DNA from: a virus
Reading direction: 5' to 3' (one strand)
DNA: 64,000 nt
IMG/VR virus record: IMGVR_UViG_3300046167_000876
This document shows positions 59,732 to 64,000 of this stretch, piece by piece (position 1 is the first letter of the stretch; every line of letters begins with the position of its first letter). The translations under genes and the position numbers were made by a program. Below the pieces are notes generated by a model, which did no database searches, was not told the origin of the DNA, and saw nothing but the letters and a program-made list of their open reading frames with translations.

Positions 59732-60148
59732 ATGAAAACAATTAAATTAGCAATACTAACATCTACTATGTCAATAGGATTTATATGTTCCTACTTTATG
59801 GAACTTACAATGCAAAATGCAGAACAATATTTAGCTATTTCAACTTTAGTATTTGCTGATGGGTTTTTTGGGATTCTTGCAGGAATTAAGAGAGAAGGAT
59901 TTAAAACTTACAAAGCAATAAAAATTTTAAGAACTTTAATATTTTGGGTTATTATGTTAACTGTAATATTAGTTATAGAAAAAAGCATTCCAGGAGCTGG
60001 GTGGTTAAGTGAAACTATGCTTATGCCTTTAGTTGTATTTCAATTAATAAGCACTGTAAAAAATGCATCAATGGCTGGATTTATTAAAGGTGATGTTTTA
60101 AATCAAATCCTAGATAATATCGATAGACATAAAGGCCTTAGAAAATAG
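59732..60148 (+). CDS. Holin-like protein (phage holin 4-type)
   Basis: Three TM segments; ADGFFG..AGIK and QLISTVKN pattern. Confidence 0.55.
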   Translation: MKTIKLAILTSTMSIGFICSYFMELTMQNAEQYLAISTLVFADGFFGILAGIKREGFKTYKAIKILRTLIFWVIMLTVILVIEKSIPGAGWLSETMLMPLVVFQLISTVKNASMAGFIKGDVLNQILDNIDRHKGLRK

Positions 60149-60185
60149 GTTGTCTTAATTCAATTTTTTTACTATATTTATAATC

Positions 60186-60524
60186 ATGTATAGATACAAC
60201 GCAAAATTAGATCGGGTTGTTGACGGAGATACTGTCGATGCCTTAGTAGACTTAGGATTTAATACCTGGAAAAAGGTAAGAGTTCGAATGATGGGGATGA
60301 ATGCCCCTGAATCTCGTACAAGAGATTTAGAAGAAAAAAAACGTGGATTAGCTGCTAAAGCAAGATTAATTGAATTATTAGGAGATGGTAATTTTATTTT
60401 ACAATCTCATGGGGTTGGAAAATATGGTAGATGTCTAGGTACCCTATTTGTAAAAGATACAGATATAAATAAAACTTTAATTAATGAGGGACATGCAACA
60501 GAATACTTTGGGGGTGCTAGATAA
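60186..60524 (+). CDS. Thermonuclease (SNase-like)
   Basis: RVVDGDT, RMMGMNAPE, KYGRCL, N..LINEGHA. Confidence 0.85.
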   Translation: MYRYNAKLDRVVDGDTVDALVDLGFNTWKKVRVRMMGMNAPESRTRDLEEKKRGLAAKARLIELLGDGNFILQSHGVGKYGRCLGTLFVKDTDINKTLINEGHATEYFGGAR

Positions 60525-61695
60525 GATAAAACAAGGAATGTTTCCATTCCTTATTGGATTTTCTGCCCTGTCAGTTTCAGCTTCAGCTGCTTTCTATTCA
60601 GTTAGTGGCTTAAGCAAACTTTTTGCAGGAGCAAGTTTAGAAGTAATTATAATGGCAGGTTCATTAGAATTTGCTAAATTAGTTACAGCTTCACTTTTAT
60701 ACCAATATTGGGATACAATTAATAAATCTTTACGTACTTATTTATCTATAGCAACTATTATACTAGTATTAATTACTAGTATGGGTATTTATGGATTTTT
60801 AAGTGCTGCTTATCAAGAAACGTATTCTAAATTATCAACTATAGAAAATCAAAAAGGTTTTATTCAAAAGAAAATTGAATTTTATCAAAATGATGTAAAT
60901 CGATATGATGAGGAAATTAAAAGAATATCTAGTAATATTAGTACTTTATCTAATGCAAAAGCTTCGACCATCCAAGTACGAGACACCACGGTATCTGGAG
61001 GCTTTAGACAAACAATATCCACAACTGAGCTTAGAATGGCGCAGAGTCGTATTAACATTGAGGAGGAGAATCGTAAGTTGGCGCAAGAAAAACGAACTAT
61101 AGCATCTGATAGTCTTCAAAAATTCCAATTACAAGTATTAGATTTAGATAATAATAATGAAGTGGCTGGAGAATTAGGACCACTACAGTATTTATCGGGT
61201 TTAACGGGTACTTCTATGGATAAGATTATAAATTGGTTATTACTTATTATAATATTTGTATTTGATCCTTTAGCAATATCTCTTGTAATAGCAGCCAACT
61301 TTGCTTTTACTCAAGCTTATCCAAAAAAGAAATATAGAAAAAATTTATATGGAGAAAAAATAGAAGACATTGAAGTTAAAGATGCTGAGGAAATCCAAAC
61401 CCAAGATGAGTTTATGAAAAATTTAGATAATCTTGAAAAGATTAAAGATTGGGAAGCAGCAGAACGAAGAATGGAAATTATAGGTCAAAATGGAAACGAT
61501 GGAGAACATTACTCAGGATTAGACTTAAATAATGATGGTGTTATTAATGAAAAAGATATTGAAATTGCTAAAAATAGAATAAAAGAAATTGATAGTATAT
61601 TAGAAAAAACTCCAAATTTATCTCGAGAATGGGCTAAACGTTTATCTATTGAAAGAAGAAAATTAGATGATGATGAAAATACAAAAATTTATTAA
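60484..61695 (+). CDS. Multi-TM coiled-coil membrane protein
   Basis: Three N-terminal TMs, coiled coil, TM with FVFDPLA, and DLNNDG EF-hand-like loop. Confidence 0.7.
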   Translation: MRDMQQNTLGVLDKIKQGMFPFLIGFSALSVSASAAFYSVSGLSKLFAGASLEVIIMAGSLEFAKLVTASLLYQYWDTINKSLRTYLSIATIILVLITSMGIYGFLSAAYQETYSKLSTIENQKGFIQKKIEFYQNDVNRYDEEIKRISSNISTLSNAKASTIQVRDTTVSGGFRQTISTTELRMAQSRINIEEENRKLAQEKRTIASDSLQKFQLQVLDLDNNNEVAGELGPLQYLSGLTGTSMDKIINWLLLIIIFVFDPLAISLVIAANFAFTQAYPKKKYRKNLYGEKIEDIEVKDAEEIQTQDEFMKNLDNLEKIKDWEAAERRMEIIGQNGNDGEHYSGLDLNNDGVINEKDIEIAKNRIKEIDSILEKTPNLSREWAKRLSIERRKLDDDENTKIY

Positions 61696-61867
61696 ATTTC
61701 TTATAATTTGGATTAGTCAAAATCTAGCAATCCCTTTTTGGGTTGTAGGTCATATTCACTTATCAATTCATAATTTTCATGATTTAATAGAAATTGGGGC
61801 ATCAATAGGAATGAATTTAATAGTAGCAATTGGGTTTTTTATAGATTATAAAGAAAATGGAAAGTAA
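61667..61867 (+). CDS. Small membrane protein with His-rich loop
   Basis: Two hydrophobic segments flanking HIHLSIHNFH. Confidence 0.55.
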   Translation: MMMKIQKFIKFLIIWISQNLAIPFWVVGHIHLSIHNFHDLIEIGASIGMNLIVAIGFFIDYKENGK

Positions 61868-62234
61868 GGAAATACTACAAATAGCAAATAAAGTATACCC
61901 TAAAATTAGGGCTCATTATGGTTTAGGTAAAAAAGAATACCCACCAATTGAAGTGTATAGAAATATATTTGCTAGACTAAGTGGAGAACCAGATATGGAA
62001 GGTGATGATCCTGCAGAAGCTGAATTTGACCGTAAAACAAATAAGTTATTTATATACTCAGACTTTAATGATAGTGTTGAGGATGTAATTAGGGGAGTTA
62101 TTCATGAGTATATACATTATTTACAATCTGGATCTTGGATGAAAAGATATTATAGTATGGGTTATACTTATGGTAACCACCCATATGAAGTTGATGCTAA
62201 AAAAGCAGAAGAAGATTGGAAGTTATTTGTGTAA
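61857..62234 (+). CDS. HExxH zinc metallopeptidase-like protein
   Basis: IHEYIHYLQ...HPYEVDA. Confidence 0.7.
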   Translation: MESKEILQIANKVYPKIRAHYGLGKKEYPPIEVYRNIFARLSGEPDMEGDDPAEAEFDRKTNKLFIYSDFNDSVEDVIRGVIHEYIHYLQSGSWMKRYYSMGYTYGNHPYEVDAKKAEEDWKLFV

Positions 62235-62236
62235 TA

Positions 62237-62266
62237 TGTGGATACCTGAATAAGGGTTCGTATATT
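62237..62266 (+). promoter_or_regulatory. Class E promoter
   Basis: TGTG-N20-TATATT. Confidence 0.6.
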
Positions 62267-62289
62267 TAAGTATAAGAAAAATAAAGGTC

Positions 62290-62472
62290 ATGAATAATCT
62301 AGCACAAAAATCTTTAGTTATTGGTATTATAGTATTAGCAATGATATTTATTCCATTACTTATCAAAGCAGTATTTTGGATATTATTACAATTATTTAAT
62401 TTTCCATTCCAATCGTTATTAATCTCAATTATAGTTATATGTTTGATATCCCTCTTACCAGAAAAGAAGTAG
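62290..62472 (+). CDS. Small hydrophobic protein
   Basis: Two TM-like segments downstream of a promoter. Confidence 0.45.
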   Translation: MNNLAQKSLVIGIIVLAMIFIPLLIKAVFWILLQLFNFPFQSLLISIIVICLISLLPEKK

Positions 62473-62948
62473 ATAAACAATTATCACAATATCAAAAAAT
62501 AAACTATAACCAGTTTAGATGGTGGAGGAGTTATCAACCAAAAAATAAACCACTTGATAATCGCAAACCACTTCGTGAGCGTATATTCAATGGTGATTTT
62601 GATTATTCATGTTATAAAGCTCAACAATATCAAGTCGAATATCAATTGAATGATATACTAAAAGAGTGTGGTATGGATTACGCAAAGTATTTAGAAAAAA
62701 CCCCCGTTATTAGAGCACGAAGAAAACGTTTAATGGAAGATTTTGAAAAAGATGAAACTGAAAGATTACGTTCTTTAACAGTTGAATTTACAAAATACTT
62801 TAGATGTAATAGAGAACAAGTTGAAGAAGAAATGTTAAAATGTAGTGGCTCCCTAATAGATCTTTATTATATTATAGAAGAAAAATATAAAATAGTCCAT
62901 ATGCCTTATCCTTTAAAGCGTAGAGGACGACCCAAAAAAGTTATATAA
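62439..62948 (+). CDS. Hypothetical protein with C-terminal AT-hook-like motif
   Basis: KRRGRPKK near the C-terminus. Confidence 0.65.
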   Translation: MFDIPLTRKEVDKQLSQYQKINYNQFRWWRSYQPKNKPLDNRKPLRERIFNGDFDYSCYKAQQYQVEYQLNDILKECGMDYAKYLEKTPVIRARRKRLMEDFEKDETERLRSLTVEFTKYFRCNREQVEEEMLKCSGSLIDLYYIIEEKYKIVHMPYPLKRRGRPKKVI

Positions 62949-63746
62949 ATGAAAGTATCACACGAAGTACCTAGATGTTTACTAAAAGCATCACAAGAAT
63001 TTAATGATTATGATTATTGCTTACCTCATCTATTAGATCAAGATGAAGAATATAAACAATATTTTTATAATGCTAAAGAAGAAGGACGTTATGTTATCAT
63101 GGATAATTCACTTCATGAATTAGGAGAAGCATATGATTATGATAGATTAAGATATTGGGTCAATGAATTAGAACCAAATGAATTTATTGTACCAGATGTT
63201 TGGATGAATTGTTCTCAAACAGCGGCACAAGCTAAATATTGGAAACAATTTAAATATCCTAAAAAAACTAAACTCACAGCTGTAATTCAGGGTGAAGATA
63301 AGAATCAAGCTTATCTATGTGCTACTTTATTAGCAAATTTAGGATATAAAAAATTATGTGTATCTTATGGTGCTACTTGGTATAATGATTTTTTCCCACA
63401 TACTAACGCAGATATGGGAAAAGCATTAGGTAGAGTACGATTTGTACAAGGTTTATTTAAGATAAAACATTTAAAAGATATTAAATTTCATTTATTAGGT
63501 TGTTCAATTCCACAAGAATTTGGTTGGTATGATGATGGTTTTTCATCAAGAATTGAATCAATTGATACTTCTAATCCAGTAATGGCAGCTTTAGATGGAA
63601 CTAAATATAATAGTAATGGAATGAATTATAAACCAAATGCTAATATGAATGATTTTTTTGATGTTAAATTTGAAGATATTAAATACGAAGATATTATTTA
63701 CAACACAACACAATTTAGAAGAATTAATAATTTAAAAATCAAATAA
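62949..63746 (+). CDS. TGT/DpdA-like TIM-barrel protein
   Basis: IMDNS..ELG, VPDV, AVIQG, HLLG, SIDTS motifs. Confidence 0.5.
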   Translation: MKVSHEVPRCLLKASQEFNDYDYCLPHLLDQDEEYKQYFYNAKEEGRYVIMDNSLHELGEAYDYDRLRYWVNELEPNEFIVPDVWMNCSQTAAQAKYWKQFKYPKKTKLTAVIQGEDKNQAYLCATLLANLGYKKLCVSYGATWYNDFFPHTNADMGKALGRVRFVQGLFKIKHLKDIKFHLLGCSIPQEFGWYDDGFSSRIESIDTSNPVMAALDGTKYNSNGMNYKPNANMNDFFDVKFEDIKYEDIIYNTTQFRRINNLKIK

Positions 63747-63748
63747 TT

Positions 63749-63943
63749 ATGGCAAAGTTAACAAGAAATGTAAATTACGCAAATTACAGATGGGAAGAAT
63801 ATGTGCTAACAGAAGAAGAATTAGCACAATGGAAAACAGGTGATGAAGATCTCCAACAAGAAATCATAGATAATGCAGATTGGGACCTAGTAAGAGATAA
63901 ACCAATTGATGATTATAGTGAACCAGAATTTGTAGAAGAATAA
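63749..63943 (+). CDS. Small acidic hypothetical protein
   Basis: 64-aa ORF coupled to the upstream gene. Confidence 0.6.
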   Translation: MAKLTRNVNYANYRWEEYVLTEEELAQWKTGDEDLQQEIIDNADWDLVRDKPIDDYSEPEFVEE

Positions 63944-63947
63944 AGAT

Positions 63948-64000
63948 ATGGCAGAATTTATAAGACACGCACTAGGACTTTGTGGAGAACACTATCATCC
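63948..64000 (+). CDS. Partial ORF running off the window
   Basis: MAEFIRHALGLCGEHYH... Confidence 0.5.
   Translation, partial: MAEFIRHALGLCGEHYH

Noticed and set aside
1-64000. tRNA, rRNA, integrase, transposase, intron or intein
   Set aside because: No cloverleaf or such motifs recognised by eye; terminase, helicase and RNR are of uninterrupted length. A tRNA scan was not run.

Overview
This window is a 64-kb segment of an AT-rich, T4-like (myovirus) large phage genome, with essentially all real genes on the + strand. The host is most likely a Bacteroidota, probably flavobacterial: promoters follow the TTTG-N20-TAnnTT pattern, starts are A-rich without Shine-Dalgarno sites, signal peptides obey the Q-rule, and one protein carries a T9SS sorting domain. 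Gene order: (1-10.4 kb) variable small and acidic proteins, many with a shared N-terminal leader and L/I-x-E protease-type sites, plus an unannotated Cys-rich micropeptide, an FAD oxidoreductase and a P-loop kinase; (10.4-21 kb) terminase, portal, prohead protease, scaffold, major capsid; (21-44 kb) PhoH, neck, tail sheath, tube, tape measure and baseplate, interrupted by a four-domain glycosyltransferase and a 2OG-Fe(II) oxygenase; (44-53 kb) a divergent PolA, SSB, RecA/UvsX, 5'-3' exonuclease, helicase and RNR; (53-60 kb) a late-promoter cassette with a repeat-rich T9SS cargo protein, an OM beta-barrel, a Cys-less thioredoxin fold and lysis-like genes; (60-64 kb) nuclease, membrane proteins, an HExxH protein and a TGT/DpdA-like protein. 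Several genes are broken by single-base indels that look like sequencing errors. The best novelty candidates are the phage-encoded T9SS surface cassette, a capsid-targeting-leader cargo family, and a putative virion glycosylation system (TibC-like transferase plus [S/T]GS motifs enriched in virion proteins). All calls come from motif recognition by eye; no searches were run.
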